From an uncultured bacterium (GTDB lineage Bacteria > CAYMEV01): DNA of 64,000 bases. Below the pieces are notes generated by a model. It was not told the DNA's origin. It saw nothing but the letters and a program-made list of their open reading frames with translations, and ran no database searches. The translations under genes were made by a program, and so were the position numbers. Below, in pieces: positions 10,279 through 20,059 of the stretch (within the stretch, counting starts at the first letter, position 1; the number at the start of each line of letters is the position of its first letter). The stretch spans positions 13,984 through 77,983 of the forward strand of contig CAYSKJ010000001.1 of NCBI GenBank assembly GCA_964431655.1, given 5' to 3'.

Positions 10279-11205
10279 TTAGTTCTCATAAGCAAAAAAG
10301 GAGTTCGGCCTTCCATAGGTGTGTTTACGGCAAAGGTAGAGGTAATACAGGTAGCAATGGGGCTGATTTCTCACCCTGGATTCAAGAATCCCTGCATATC
10401 TTTGAAGGACTGCACCCATGAAATCCTCTTTTGTTAATCCTTCGGTACCGCAGTTTAAAGGGGGTGTAAAGCATATTTTAATCCTGTCTCCCTGTCTTAC
10501 AGGGAAAACCGGTATTATGGATGCTCCCGTGATAAAGGCAAGCTTAAGGGGTCCCTCTGAAAAATATGCATCTTTGCCGAGGAATTTTGCTTTAATGAAT
10601 TTTCTCCCTGCTCTGCCGTCTGCTGCTATGCCTACGGTATGGCCCCGCCTCAGATAAGCCAGGGCCTGGCGAAGTCCTGTTTCATGGCTGATGAAATCAG
10701 CTCCGGTCCTTTCAAAAAGCCTGTCTTTAATACGCAGTATTTTTAGCTGAGCCTTGTCGGTTATATCGTTTTCTTTTACCAGGTCTGTGGGTGAAAGCCC
10801 CACCTGGTGGTAACCGGAAATAGAGCTCAGGGCAGGGATTATGCCAGCGTTCGGCCCGAAATGGGATATGAAGAGGATCTTTCCTTCGGGGCATTTTTCA
10901 AGGACCTCATGGTTTTCAAAGTCTGCAGTCCTTCTAAGTTTTGAGGGCTTTGAGAAATAAAAGATATCAGTTTCATTTAAAATATGCTCTATTATTGCCT
11001 TTTTTGCTGTGCCTTTTCCTGAAAGGCCTGTAAATTCAGCCTCACATTCGAGTTCTTTTATCCTTTTTCTGAAAACCACTGGCGCTATCGGGGACAGGCA
11101 ATGTATAATTCTCCACATTGCAGCAGGGGGTATTATAGGGGACAGTGGCCTGAAAAAGCCCCATATTAGAAATCTTGATATATTTCTGATAATTCTTGAA
11201 ATCAT
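10279..11205 (-). CDS. Lipid A biosynthesis acyltransferase (LpxL/LpxM/HtrB family, LPLAT superfamily)
   Basis: HFGPNAG motif at the position of the LpxL HFGNWE catalytic HX4(D/E) box; size and hydrophobic N-terminus typical of Kdo2-lipid IVA acyltransferases. Confidence 0.6.
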   Translation of the reverse strand: MISRIIRNISRFLIWGFFRPLSPIIPPAAMWRIIHCLSPIAPVVFRKRIKELECEAEFTGLSGKGTAKKAIIEHILNETDIFYFSKPSKLRRTADFENHEVLEKCPEGKILFISHFGPNAGIIPALSSISGYHQVGLSPTDLVKENDITDKAQLKILRIKDRLFERTGADFISHETGLRQALAYLRRGHTVGIAADGRAGRKFIKAKFLGKDAYFSEGPLKLAFITGASIIPVFPVRQGDRIKICFTPPLNCGTEGLTKEDFMGAVLQRYAGILESRVRNQPHCYLYYLYLCRKHTYGRPNSFFAYEN

Positions 11206-11235
11206 TGTGCTCTGAGATATAATAAGACCAAAAGA

Positions 11236-12024
11236 ATGATTAGCAAGGAAAAGATAAAATTCTACCTCTATGATGATAAAAGTACTGCAGGAAAGGCAGT
11301 TGACCTGTTTTTAATTATTGTCAATATTATGGCGATTATCCATTATATTGTTGAGGTTGAAACAGTTGATCCCTCAAAACTGAAACTGCTTTTCATCCTT
11401 GAAATCATCTTTGTTTCAGTATTTATAGCAGAATATATGTTAAGGCTCCTGGTTGCGGAAAACAAAAGGAAGTTTGTTTTTTCTGTTTATTCATTCTTTG
11501 ATATCCTGTCCATAATCCCTATTGCCTTCACAATCTACAAGATTGGATTTTTAAGGATACTCAGGGTTTTCAGGATACTTAGATTCCAGAAGTATCTTGA
11601 GAATGAGTATTTCTTTTTCGGCAGGATAAAGCCTTACCAGCTCCAGGTTATGAGGCTTATATTCATCATAATTACCATAGTCCTTATTTCAGCAGGATTT
11701 ATTTACTCTATCGAGGGAAGGGAAGGCACAAACACATTAAAAAGCTTCCTTGATGCTGTCTACTTTACTGTGTCTACTGTTACAACAGTGGGATTCGGGG
11801 ATTTTACGCCCTCAACCAATGCCGGTAAGCTGGTAACCATCGGAATAATATTAAGCGGTGTCTTACTGCTTCCCTACAGCCTGGGCAGGCTTATCAAGAC
11901 AATCATTGAAACAAAACCTGCTGAGGATGCCAAATCCGTGTGCAGTTTCTGCCACCATGCAAACCCTTCAGGGATTGATAAATGCGAAGTATGCCAGAAA
12001 CCCCTTGAAAAGAATGATATTTAG
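11236..12024 (+). CDS. Voltage-gated potassium channel (ion_trans family) with C-terminal zinc ribbon
   Basis: Selectivity filter TVGFGD; S4-like arginine ladder RILRVFRILRFQK; C-terminal CSFCHH...CEVC. Confidence 0.8.
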   Translation: MISKEKIKFYLYDDKSTAGKAVDLFLIIVNIMAIIHYIVEVETVDPSKLKLLFILEIIFVSVFIAEYMLRLLVAENKRKFVFSVYSFFDILSIIPIAFTIYKIGFLRILRVFRILRFQKYLENEYFFFGRIKPYQLQVMRLIFIIITIVLISAGFIYSIEGREGTNTLKSFLDAVYFTVSTVTTVGFGDFTPSTNAGKLVTIGIILSGVLLLPYSLGRLIKTIIETKPAEDAKSVCSFCHHANPSGIDKCEVCQKPLEKNDI

Positions 12025-12766
12025 AAAGCTGGCTGTAATCCTGCTTCTGCTTAGCCTTTTATCCCTTTATTTAACTCCTCTCATGCCCTTTGTGCTTTTT
12101 TTGTACCTTTTCTTTTTTGTTATTTATTTTTACAATATGATAAAAATCAACAGCAATGCCTTCGGGGAGATTATCTGCAGCATGCCTGGAGAAGGATGTA
12201 AGTCGGTTTATCTTACCTTTGACGACGGTCCGGATTTGACCAGTACACCTGCTATACTCAGCCTTCTGGAAAGGGAAAAGGTTCCTGCAACCTTCTTCCT
12301 TACAGGAAAAAAGGCTGAAAAAAACCGGGAAATAACCCGGGCTATAATATCAGCAGATCATGGCCTGGGCAACCACACCTATACACATAACAATTTTCTG
12401 ACCCTGTCTTCAAAAAAGACGATATGCAGAGAAATCAGCATGACAAACAAGCTTCTGAGGGATGAATTCAATTATGAATGCAGGCTTTTCAGGCCCTGTG
12501 CGGGGCTGAAGGATATGTACATAATGGATTCAGCAAAAAAGCTGGGGATGAAGGTAATAGGCTGGAACAGAAGATCCCTGGATACCGTGAGCAGAAGCCC
12601 TCAAAGGGTATTCGGCAGGCTGGCAGACATCCATGCGAAAAACGGAGACATCCTTCTTCTGCATGACCGGCCCACAAAACTCAGCCTGGAGGATAAGCTC
12701 CTGGTAATAGGGATGGTGATTGAGTTCTACCGGGATAAAGGGTTTATTTTCCTGAAAATGGAATGA
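12014..12766 (+). CDS. Polysaccharide deacetylase (NodB homology domain)
   Basis: TFDDGP and HTYTH NodB motifs; N-terminal TM helix; start placed at internal ATG 12014 because the longer ORF from 11858 overlaps the K+ channel gene. Confidence 0.8.
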   Translation: MIFRKLAVILLLLSLLSLYLTPLMPFVLFLYLFFFVIYFYNMIKINSNAFGEIICSMPGEGCKSVYLTFDDGPDLTSTPAILSLLEREKVPATFFLTGKKAEKNREITRAIISADHGLGNHTYTHNNFLTLSSKKTICREISMTNKLLRDEFNYECRLFRPCAGLKDMYIMDSAKKLGMKVIGWNRRSLDTVSRSPQRVFGRLADIHAKNGDILLLHDRPTKLSLEDKLLVIGMVIEFYRDKGFIFLKME

Positions 12767-12800
12767 AAAAAGGCTCAGACCTGAAGGTCTGAGCCTTGAA
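12765..12800. terminator. Bidirectional rho-independent terminator between convergent genes
   Basis: Perfect 10-bp stem ggctcagacc / ggtctgagcc with loop tgaa, flanked by an A-run upstream and T-rich sequence downstream. Confidence 0.6.
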
Positions 12801-12819
12801 TCATAGCCCCAGGAATTTG

Positions 12820-13443
12820 CTATCCGGCAATATTCCTGACAGCATTCATCTTGGTATCGTGAGCGTTTTTCATGGTATTCTGAAGCAGCTGCTGGAGCTG
12901 TGAAAGCTGCTGCTGGAGCTGTTGCAGCTCTGTCTGCTGGCTCTGGGACAGCTTCTCTGAGCCGCTGGCTTTTTTTGCTGCATCTTCCAGCTTTTTTTCA
13001 GTCTTTTCAATAAGCTGGCTCAGTACCCTGGACAGGAAATCTTCTATGCTCTCACCGGGTTTACGGGATGTTCCCCCGGTCTGCTGAGATTGCTGGGCCT
13101 GATCAGTCTGCTGAGCCTGCCCAACCTTCTGCCCTGCCTCAAAACCGGCCCTGAAACCGGAAGCCCTGCCGGCCATGTATCCCCTGAGGAAGTTGCCGAT
13201 GGTAGGCCTGTTCATTGCCCCGAAACCGGAAGGCCTGAACATGCCTCCCAGGCCTTTCTGAAGGGTCTGGGCAAAATCCCCGATCTTGTTGAAAAGATTG
13301 CCCATGCTCTTTGCTATGGAGCTGATTCCGCCGAGCATGCCCATGGGGCCCTGGGTTATTGCGCTGATTGCTTTGCCTATAGCACCCATATTCGGGAGAA
13401 TTTTGGATGCAATACTTGAAACGATGCTACCGATAAACGGCAT
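12820..13443 (-). CDS. Gly/Gln-rich low-complexity hypothetical protein
   Basis: 207-aa ORF with a small-residue amphipathic N-terminus (MPFIGSIVSSIASKILPNMGAIGKAISAI), a Gly/Arg/Phe-rich middle and a Gln/Leu coiled-coil tail (QQLQQQLSQLQQLLQ); good coding periodicity; no recognisable catalytic motif. Confidence 0.5.
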   Translation of the reverse strand: MPFIGSIVSSIASKILPNMGAIGKAISAITQGPMGMLGGISSIAKSMGNLFNKIGDFAQTLQKGLGGMFRPSGFGAMNRPTIGNFLRGYMAGRASGFRAGFEAGQKVGQAQQTDQAQQSQQTGGTSRKPGESIEDFLSRVLSQLIEKTEKKLEDAAKKASGSEKLSQSQQTELQQLQQQLSQLQQLLQNTMKNAHDTKMNAVRNIAG

Positions 13444-13658
13444 TTTAAGTACCTCCTGTATATTTTTTTCAGGAGGATATCAAGTGTTTGGGATCCTTTT
13501 TCAAGAATTCCAAGCATTTAATATCCTTCTTTCCTATATTATCTGTACTGCTTGGATTTTGTTGCTAAAAAAATTATATTTCTTGAATATTTTTTCAATG
13601 AATATATTATTTTACTGATGAATACTACATGATGAAACCTGGTTAAGGAGTTATATAT

Positions 13659-14012
13659 ATGCATTTGTCAAGGTACAAAAAGGGAGATATTGATATCATT
13701 GAGATAGGCGGAAAGCTTGAGGACAGCCATTCCCAGGAATTTATAGATTATATCGACGAAATAATCAGTGCAGGCTCAAGCTATTTAATAATAGATATGA
13801 ACAGTCTTGATTATATAAGCTCAAGCGGGCTTGGGGCAATCTCAGCAAAACATATAAGCCTGAGCATAAGAGGGGGGAAATTGATACTGACTCAGATGAA
13901 ACCGAATATAGAGAAGGTATTTCAAATCACCCGCATATTACGGATAATACCAAACTACCCTACTCTGAAAGATGCCCTGGAAGACCTGGAAAGGCAAAAA
14001 CCAGGCAGTTAG
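13659..14012 (+). CDS. STAS-domain anti-sigma factor antagonist (SpoIIAA-like)
   Basis: 117 aa; STAS fold signature LDYISSSGLGAI with the conserved phosphorylatable Ser region. Confidence 0.8.
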   Translation: MHLSRYKKGDIDIIEIGGKLEDSHSQEFIDYIDEIISAGSSYLIIDMNSLDYISSSGLGAISAKHISLSIRGGKLILTQMKPNIEKVFQITRILRIIPNYPTLKDALEDLERQKPGS

Positions 14013-14581
14013 CCCTTATATCCGGCCTTTTCAAAAAGCAATGTCCTGGTAAAGACAGGGATGAACCTGTAATCAGTAAGGAGCTGGCCTGCTCCCTCTT
14101 CTCTGTCCACCAGGCACAGGACTGCCTCAACCCTGTGGCCTTCCTCCTCAACAGCTCTTATCGCTGACAGGGTTGACCCCCCGGTTGTTGCCACATCATC
14201 CACGATTATTACGCTGGAACCGCCTTCTATATGTCCCTCTATCCTCTTTTTTTTGCCATGCCCCTTGGCTTCCTTTCTTACCAGAAATCCGTCTACCGGC
14301 ATATTATTCTGCCAGGATACCACGGTAACAGCTGTTGTAATTGGATCTGCCCCCAGGGACAGGCCCCCTATGTACCTTGAATTAAGCCCAAGCTTTTTTA
14401 TGGCATCAAAAAGCACATTGCCTATCAGGTATGAACCGCGGGATGACAGGGTGGTTATCCTTGCATCAAAGTAGAAACTGCTTTTCTTTCCTGATGCAAG
14501 GGTGAAATCTCCGAAGCTCAGGGATTTCTCAATTAGAAGGTCAAGTAGTTCTCTTTTAGTATTGTCCATATAAAGCTCCAT
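14009..14581 (-). CDS. pyrE: Orotate phosphoribosyltransferase
   Basis: PRPP-binding motif VIIVDDVATTGGS; N-terminal FGDFTLASGKKSSFYFD typical of PyrE; start moved to internal MELYMDN. Confidence 0.9.
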   Translation of the reverse strand: MELYMDNTKRELLDLLIEKSLSFGDFTLASGKKSSFYFDARITTLSSRGSYLIGNVLFDAIKKLGLNSRYIGGLSLGADPITTAVTVVSWQNNMPVDGFLVRKEAKGHGKKKRIEGHIEGGSSVIIVDDVATTGGSTLSAIRAVEEEGHRVEAVLCLVDREEGAGQLLTDYRFIPVFTRTLLFEKAGYKG

Positions 14582-14656
14582 TATAAAATTGATTTTTGAT
14601 TTTTCATTGTTATTGTATTTTATTATTAGAAATAGCAAGATAAAAAGGAGAATGAA

Positions 14657-14902
14657 TTGGATATCAAACTGCCATTATTGCTCAATATGCTAAAAGACCT
14701 TATTGATATTGATTTTAATGATAATATGAGCAGTGTCGAAAAGGAAACCGAGCTGAAAGATAAAATCAGGAAAAATGAGGCAAAGCTGAAGAACAAGGTT
14801 TTTGAGCTCAACGGTGAAAGGGAGATGCTCCAGGACAAGCTGGAGGATATTGAATCTATTATCATAAATATTGAATACCTTGTGGATTGGGCAAAATCCT
14901 GA
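14657..14902 (+). CDS. Small coiled-coil hypothetical protein
   Basis: 81-aa charged, heptad-like ORF (KETELKDKIRKNEAKLKNKVFELNGEREMLQDKLEDIE); no known motif. Confidence 0.35.
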   Translation: MDIKLPLLLNMLKDLIDIDFNDNMSSVEKETELKDKIRKNEAKLKNKVFELNGEREMLQDKLEDIESIIINIEYLVDWAKS

Positions 14903-14933
14903 AAGTACTGATACTGCTGATGAGCCGGCTGAC

Positions 14934-15866
14934 ATGAGAAAGCGGAGAGCCGTTGGACTGCTGTCTTTCGGCCTTGACAGCAGGCTCGCCTATGCAGTTA
15001 TGAAAAGAGCCGGCTTTGAAATACAGCCGGTTTATATCGATATGGGTTTTTGTGCCTGTGACATACACAGGTTTTTTTCCGGCTGGGGCGATGAGGAAAG
15101 CATTTATGAAAACCTCATTATTATTGATGCTTTTAACAGGTTTAAGGACATACTCATAAATCCGCGTTTTGGCTATGGAAAGAACCTGAACCCTTGCATT
15201 GACTGCAAAATAATGATGTTTATGCTTGCAAGGGAAATCATGGAAGAAAGCTCCATGGACCTGATCTTTACAGGAGAAGTAAAGGGTCAGAGGATGATGA
15301 GCCAGATAAACAGGAATATGAATATTATAGAAAGGGAGGCAGGAACCCGGGGAAAAGTGTTCAGGCCTCTCTCTGCTAAGCTTTTTGAACCGGTAGAGCT
15401 GGAGAGGGAAGGCCTGATAGAGAAAAGCCGGTTCTACGGGTTTTTCGGAAAATCCAGAAAACCCCAGATAAAGCTCGCAGAAGCCTTGAATATCAGGAAT
15501 TTTCCATCTCCTTCAGGGGGATGCCTTCTGACCTACCGGGGTTTTTCCCGGAAGGCTGGAGAGCTCCTTTCCTTTTATGGCCCAGATAAAATTACAAGGC
15601 AGAACGTTTCCCTTCTCAAAACCGGGAGGCATTTCTTTATTTATGATTCCCTGCATGCAATCATTGGAAGGAACCAGGATGAAAACAACAGGCTGATGGC
15701 TGTTAAAAATGCGGACTGGATTTTAACGCCGGCGGATGAGAAAGGGCCTTGCTCTATAATATTTGAGAAAAAACCCTGTGAAACTGCCATGGAAAAGTGC
15801 AGGTCGCTGGTCAGGAGATATTCAGACAATAACCCTGATATCCTTCAGTATAGAATACCCGGCTGA
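14934..15866 (+). CDS. ThiI-like PP-loop ATPase (adenine nucleotide alpha-hydrolase) without THUMP domain
   Basis: PP-loop SFGLDS; NPCIDCK motif; TGEVKGQRMMSQ resembling the ThiI GESLGQVASQ signature; start set at MRKRR (14934) to avoid overlap with the upstream small ORF. Confidence 0.55.
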   Translation: MRKRRAVGLLSFGLDSRLAYAVMKRAGFEIQPVYIDMGFCACDIHRFFSGWGDEESIYENLIIIDAFNRFKDILINPRFGYGKNLNPCIDCKIMMFMLAREIMEESSMDLIFTGEVKGQRMMSQINRNMNIIEREAGTRGKVFRPLSAKLFEPVELEREGLIEKSRFYGFFGKSRKPQIKLAEALNIRNFPSPSGGCLLTYRGFSRKAGELLSFYGPDKITRQNVSLLKTGRHFFIYDSLHAIIGRNQDENNRLMAVKNADWILTPADEKGPCSIIFEKKPCETAMEKCRSLVRRYSDNNPDILQYRIPG

Positions 15867-15939
15867 AAAATATTTTTGCTTTTAAGCTTCCAGGGATCTA
15901 TAATTAGATGAAAGCATTTCTAAAAAGGGGGTATATTCC

Positions 15940-16980
15940 ATGCCTGGATATAAGAAATATTGTGTGGGAGTCTTTCATTTTGCCAGCCCTTTCGGCGATG
16001 AGCTTGTAAAGCGTCTTAATGCGACTGAACCTTTCCTTATTGACAGCATTGAATACAAGATAACAGCTGATGATGTAAAGATACATGAATTCGGGCTTGA
16101 ATGGGGTTCCTCCCACCAGCTTATAATAGACAGGGGCTCCCATGTCTACCAGCAGGCGAGGAATGTATTCAAAATGCTTTCCTTCAGGGGAGTCCATATA
16201 ATAAATAATCCCTATTCCTTTGAATTCTTCATGAACAAGGATGTAGGCTACTATTATGTCAATATGCTCGGTGTTCCGGTACCCCCTACCTACAGCCTTC
16301 CCCCTCATGACAATTTCGGCTTTACTCCGGAGGAACTCCGCAATAACCTTTATTTCGACTGGGAAAAGATGATAGAAGAGGTTGGTTTTCCCATGTTTAT
16401 CAAGCCTGCCCAGGGAAGGGGAGGGCTGAACACCTATGAAGTCAGAAATTACCAGGAGCTTTTAGAATACTATAACCGCTCCGGTGACTCGGTAATGAGC
16501 CTTCAGAAAAAGATAGACAGCAACAGGGGCTATATTGTCAGGACTCTGTGCATAGGCAGGAAGATACTCCCTGTAAAGTATATATTCAAAAATACTGACG
16601 GTCCTGAGTATATTTATGACGAATCCTTCCTGAGCCCTGAAGAAGGCAGGAAGGTAACAGAGTATGCCAGGATCATCAATTTTGTTTTCGGATACAAGAT
16701 GAATTCTGTAGAATTTATAATCAAAGACGGCATACCGTGGGCAATTGACTTCAACAATCCGGTTCCTGACGGCAGGAAGGAAGCCCTGGGAGAAATCTAT
16801 TTCAATGATTACCAGGAGGCTCTGGTCAATCTCGTGATTGAAACTGCAAAATCAGGTAAAATGTCGGAATTTATACCTCCTATGAATAAGATAGCAGAGC
16901 TGGCAAGGCTTGATATCCCGCCTTCAGAAAGGTGCAGGAGAATTCTTAAGCTTGCCGAAGATATGTACTATAATAGTTAG
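15940..16980 (+). CDS. ATP-grasp domain protein (RimK/glutathione synthetase-like ligase)
   Basis: FPMFIKPAQGRGGLNTYEV and surrounding pattern typical of the ATP-grasp central/C-terminal domain. Confidence 0.6.
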   Translation: MPGYKKYCVGVFHFASPFGDELVKRLNATEPFLIDSIEYKITADDVKIHEFGLEWGSSHQLIIDRGSHVYQQARNVFKMLSFRGVHIINNPYSFEFFMNKDVGYYYVNMLGVPVPPTYSLPPHDNFGFTPEELRNNLYFDWEKMIEEVGFPMFIKPAQGRGGLNTYEVRNYQELLEYYNRSGDSVMSLQKKIDSNRGYIVRTLCIGRKILPVKYIFKNTDGPEYIYDESFLSPEEGRKVTEYARIINFVFGYKMNSVEFIIKDGIPWAIDFNNPVPDGRKEALGEIYFNDYQEALVNLVIETAKSGKMSEFIPPMNKIAELARLDIPPSERCRRILKLAEDMYYNS

Positions 16981-17011
16981 CATAAGCCATATTCCAAAAA
17001 AGGAGGAGCAT

Positions 17012-17602
17012 ATGAAACGATTACTTTCTCTGGCAGGCATTGTTTGCCTGTTCGCGTCCCTGCTGATCGCGGGTGATAACGCTATTTCGGAAAAGAAGAT
17101 GGACCCTTTTGCTATTGTATGCATGCACTGCAACGGTTCTTATGAGCAAATGAACAAAGCCATTGAGGGATTCATCCAGGAATTTTTCAGCCAGAAACTC
17201 GTACCTGATGGCCCCCTTATGGGTATTTACTACAATTCACCCGACATGGTCAGTCCTGAAGAGCTTAAGTGGGCTGTCGGCTTTCCCGTTGTTGGCAATG
17301 TAAAGGTAAATGAGCCCCTGAAGCTGTGTCATTTCAAGCACGAGCTGGTGCTCTGCCATCTTTACAAGGGCCCCTACGAGCAAATGGCCAAGGCCTACGA
17401 GGCCATTGAAGCCTACATGAAGGAAAACAGCTACCAGTGGGACGGCCCTGCTTATGAGAGGTGGCTTGACAACCCCCAGGAAGTTAAACCCGAAAACCTG
17501 CGCACGGAAATCATTGTGCCTGTAAAAAGGTGTACGGTTGAAGTGGTAAAACCGGAAGAGGGAAAGCCCCTGAAACCCGAAGAACAGCAGGAACCCAGAT
17601 AA
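17012..17602 (+). CDS. Secreted GyrI-like small-molecule-binding domain protein
   Basis: Signal peptide MKRLLSLAGIVCLFASLLIAG; repeated GPYEQM/SYEQM half-domains typical of GyrI-like/AraC effector-binding fold; start moved to internal ATG. Confidence 0.5.
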   Translation: MKRLLSLAGIVCLFASLLIAGDNAISEKKMDPFAIVCMHCNGSYEQMNKAIEGFIQEFFSQKLVPDGPLMGIYYNSPDMVSPEELKWAVGFPVVGNVKVNEPLKLCHFKHELVLCHLYKGPYEQMAKAYEAIEAYMKENSYQWDGPAYERWLDNPQEVKPENLRTEIIVPVKRCTVEVVKPEEGKPLKPEEQQEPR

Positions 17603-17611
17603 TCAAATTCT

Positions 17612-17636
17612 CCAGGGCAGCGGACAGCTGCCCTGG
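17612..17636. terminator. Bidirectional hairpin terminator between convergent genes
   Basis: Perfect 10-bp stem ccagggcagc / gctgccctgg with 5-nt loop ggaca, placed between the stop codons of the GyrI-like gene and the SBP gene. Confidence 0.6.
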
Positions 17637-17755
17637 TTCCAGATCATTCTGTTTTCTGCCAGAATAGAGAGGACCTTTTATACCAGAAACATATGAAAAG
17701 ACCCGGTGGAGAAAATTTTTAATTCTGTTAAATTATTAAGATGCAGGGCTTAAGC

Positions 17756-19291
17756 TTAAGGCCCTGCAAGTTCTACATCCAGAAGGAAATTGAAGGAGCC
17801 GTCGGGATAAGGCACTGCATTCTCTATCCTTCTGGAGCATAATATAAGGTTTGAGTGGTACCAGAGGTGTATATAGGGGAGTTCCTCGTTGAGTATATGC
17901 TGTATTCTGCAGTAGTAATCCCTTCTTTTATCCCTGTCGGATGTTTTCCTTGCCAGGTCTATGAGCCTGTCAACGCTCTGGTTGGTATACCTGCCCCTGT
18001 TGGCGCCCTCGGGGGGTATACTTGAGGATGAGAGCACATAATAAAAAATATCAGGATCTGAAATTCCTACCCACCTTAGTGAAAACAGCTGAAAATCGCC
18101 CTTTTTTATATCACTGTAAAAGGTTCCCCATTCCCTGGACACGATTTTTATGCCTATACCCGCATTCCGGAGCTGGTCCTGAATTATCTGGGCAAGGAGC
18201 AGGGCCTGGGCATTTTCGCTGGTTTTGTATTCCAGGGTAAAATAAATACCCTTTTCATCCTTTCTGTATCCCTCTTTTTCAATAAGCTCCCCTGCTTTTT
18301 CCGGGTCATACCCATATGAAACCAGACCATCGCAGTGTGCCCAGTTCATTGGTGATAAAATGCTGTCGGCCTTAAGGGCAAAACCCCTGTAAATATGCTT
18401 GATAATAGTATCCCTGTCGATGCTGAAGGCCAGGGCTTTCCTGATGTTATTGTTTTTTAGTATGCTGTCCTGCAGGTTAAATCCTATATACTGATAGTTA
18501 ATGCCCTGAGAGGACGACAGGGTATAGTCTTTGTCCCTGCTGAACCGGTCCACTGAATCATAGGGGATATCGTTCTGCAGGAGATCTATGCCCTTGTTCT
18601 CCAGCTCAAGCATACGGGTTGTTGTGTCTGGAATTATCCTGAATATTATGTTTTTGATTTTCGGCTTTTTGCCAAAATATTCATCGAACCTCTCCAGGGA
18701 CAGGGATATACCTTCCCTGTGATTCACCAGCCTGAAGGGCCCGCTGCCTACGGGGTTTTTCCTGAGAAAAGAGCTGTCGGTCCTGTCTATGTTCTCAGGG
18801 ATAATCCCGATTGTCAAATAATCGAGGAAGGGAGAAAATACTTCTTTAAGCTCAAACGCCAGAGTATAGTCATCTATTATCATGATTTCTTTTATTATCT
18901 CATAGGAGGCTTTTTTAAAGGAGACAAAGTCCTCATCGAGCATACTGCAGAAGGTATATTTAATATCCCTGGAGGTCAGTTCCCTTTTATCATGAAATAA
19001 TATTCCCCTTTTGATATGAAAAATAAATACCAGGTCATCCTCTATCTCATAGCTCTCGACAATATCAGGTATAAGATTTGAATCCCTCCCTTTGGTAAAA
19101 AGAGAGCTGTAAATAAGGGAGCATATGCGGGATGAATTTGCATCGGTTGCAGTTCTCGGATCAAGGTCTTCCACTGAAGCTTCAAGACCCATGGTGATGC
19201 ATTCCGGATCAGCTTTACTGGCCTTGCCGGTGCAGGAGAAAAGGTTTATTAAAGCCAGGGAAAGCAGGAAAATAAAAAACCTGGGTTTCAT
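17756..19291 (-). CDS. ABC transporter substrate-binding lipoprotein, family 5 (oligopeptide/nickel, OppA/DppA-like)
   Basis: Lipoprotein signal ...LINLFSC; SBP_bac_5-type length (511 aa) and motif distribution. Confidence 0.85.
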   Translation of the reverse strand: MKPRFFIFLLSLALINLFSCTGKASKADPECITMGLEASVEDLDPRTATDANSSRICSLIYSSLFTKGRDSNLIPDIVESYEIEDDLVFIFHIKRGILFHDKRELTSRDIKYTFCSMLDEDFVSFKKASYEIIKEIMIIDDYTLAFELKEVFSPFLDYLTIGIIPENIDRTDSSFLRKNPVGSGPFRLVNHREGISLSLERFDEYFGKKPKIKNIIFRIIPDTTTRMLELENKGIDLLQNDIPYDSVDRFSRDKDYTLSSSQGINYQYIGFNLQDSILKNNNIRKALAFSIDRDTIIKHIYRGFALKADSILSPMNWAHCDGLVSYGYDPEKAGELIEKEGYRKDEKGIYFTLEYKTSENAQALLLAQIIQDQLRNAGIGIKIVSREWGTFYSDIKKGDFQLFSLRWVGISDPDIFYYVLSSSSIPPEGANRGRYTNQSVDRLIDLARKTSDRDKRRDYYCRIQHILNEELPYIHLWYHSNLILCSRRIENAVPYPDGSFNFLLDVELAGP

Positions 19292-19977
19292 AAATTGCCT
19301 CCATAAATGGTATTCTCATCTCTAATACCCATGCTTCTGAAGGCCTCTGACCTGAAAAGGCAGGAATCGCATGTCCTGCAGGGCTTACGACCTTGAGGGT
19401 TATAGCATGAGAAGGTTCTGGCGTAGTCTACACCAAGGGAAAAGCCGATTTGCAGTATTTCATTTTTGGACTTATCAATAAAGGGAGCCTCAATGCACAG
19501 GGGGGAACCCTGGGTTCCTGCTTTTGTACCTGCCTTTAACAGTTCATTGAACGTTTTAAGGTATTCCGGCCTGCAGTCAGGATATCCTGAATAGTCCACA
19601 GAATTTATACCCGTAAACACCCTGCCTATCCCCTTTGATTCCGCCAGGGAGCTTGCTATTGCCAGGAAAACGGTATTTCTTGATGGCACATAGGTGTTGG
19701 GAATAGAACTGCGGCTGATCGAGCCGGTTTCAACCTCAAGGGACATGTCGGTCAAAGCTGAGCCCTTTATAAGTTCGAAGGAAAGAGGAAATATTATATG
19801 TTCAGATACATTATATCTTTTTGCCTGGTATTCGGCATAGCAGATTTCCACCCGGTTCCGCTGGGAGTAGTCGAAAGTAAGGGCAACGGGTTTCTGCCCC
19901 ATGGATGCAAGATATGCAAGGAGAGTCGTTGAGTCAAGCCCCCCGCTCAGTATAATTAAAGAACTGCCATTACTCAT
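19288..19977 (-). CDS. queC: 7-cyano-7-deazaguanine synthase
   Basis: PP-loop ILSGGLDS; C-terminal zinc site CRTCDSC; length ~230 aa; start moved to internal MSNGSS. Confidence 0.9.
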   Translation of the reverse strand: MSNGSSLIILSGGLDSTTLLAYLASMGQKPVALTFDYSQRNRVEICYAEYQAKRYNVSEHIIFPLSFELIKGSALTDMSLEVETGSISRSSIPNTYVPSRNTVFLAIASSLAESKGIGRVFTGINSVDYSGYPDCRPEYLKTFNELLKAGTKAGTQGSPLCIEAPFIDKSKNEILQIGFSLGVDYARTFSCYNPQGRKPCRTCDSCLFRSEAFRSMGIRDENTIYGGNL

Positions 19978-20059
19978 AAAACAATTTAAATCATTGATAT
20001 TTTCATTTATTATAATATAATCAGTCAGCAATATTTATACAAGCTTTTATTTTATAATT

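Noticed and set aside
11858-12013. N-terminal 52-codon extension of the polysaccharide deacetylase ORF
   Set aside because: The extension overlaps the well-supported K+ channel gene in another frame; an internal ATG at 12014 immediately after the channel stop gives a typical NodB protein with an N-terminal TM helix.
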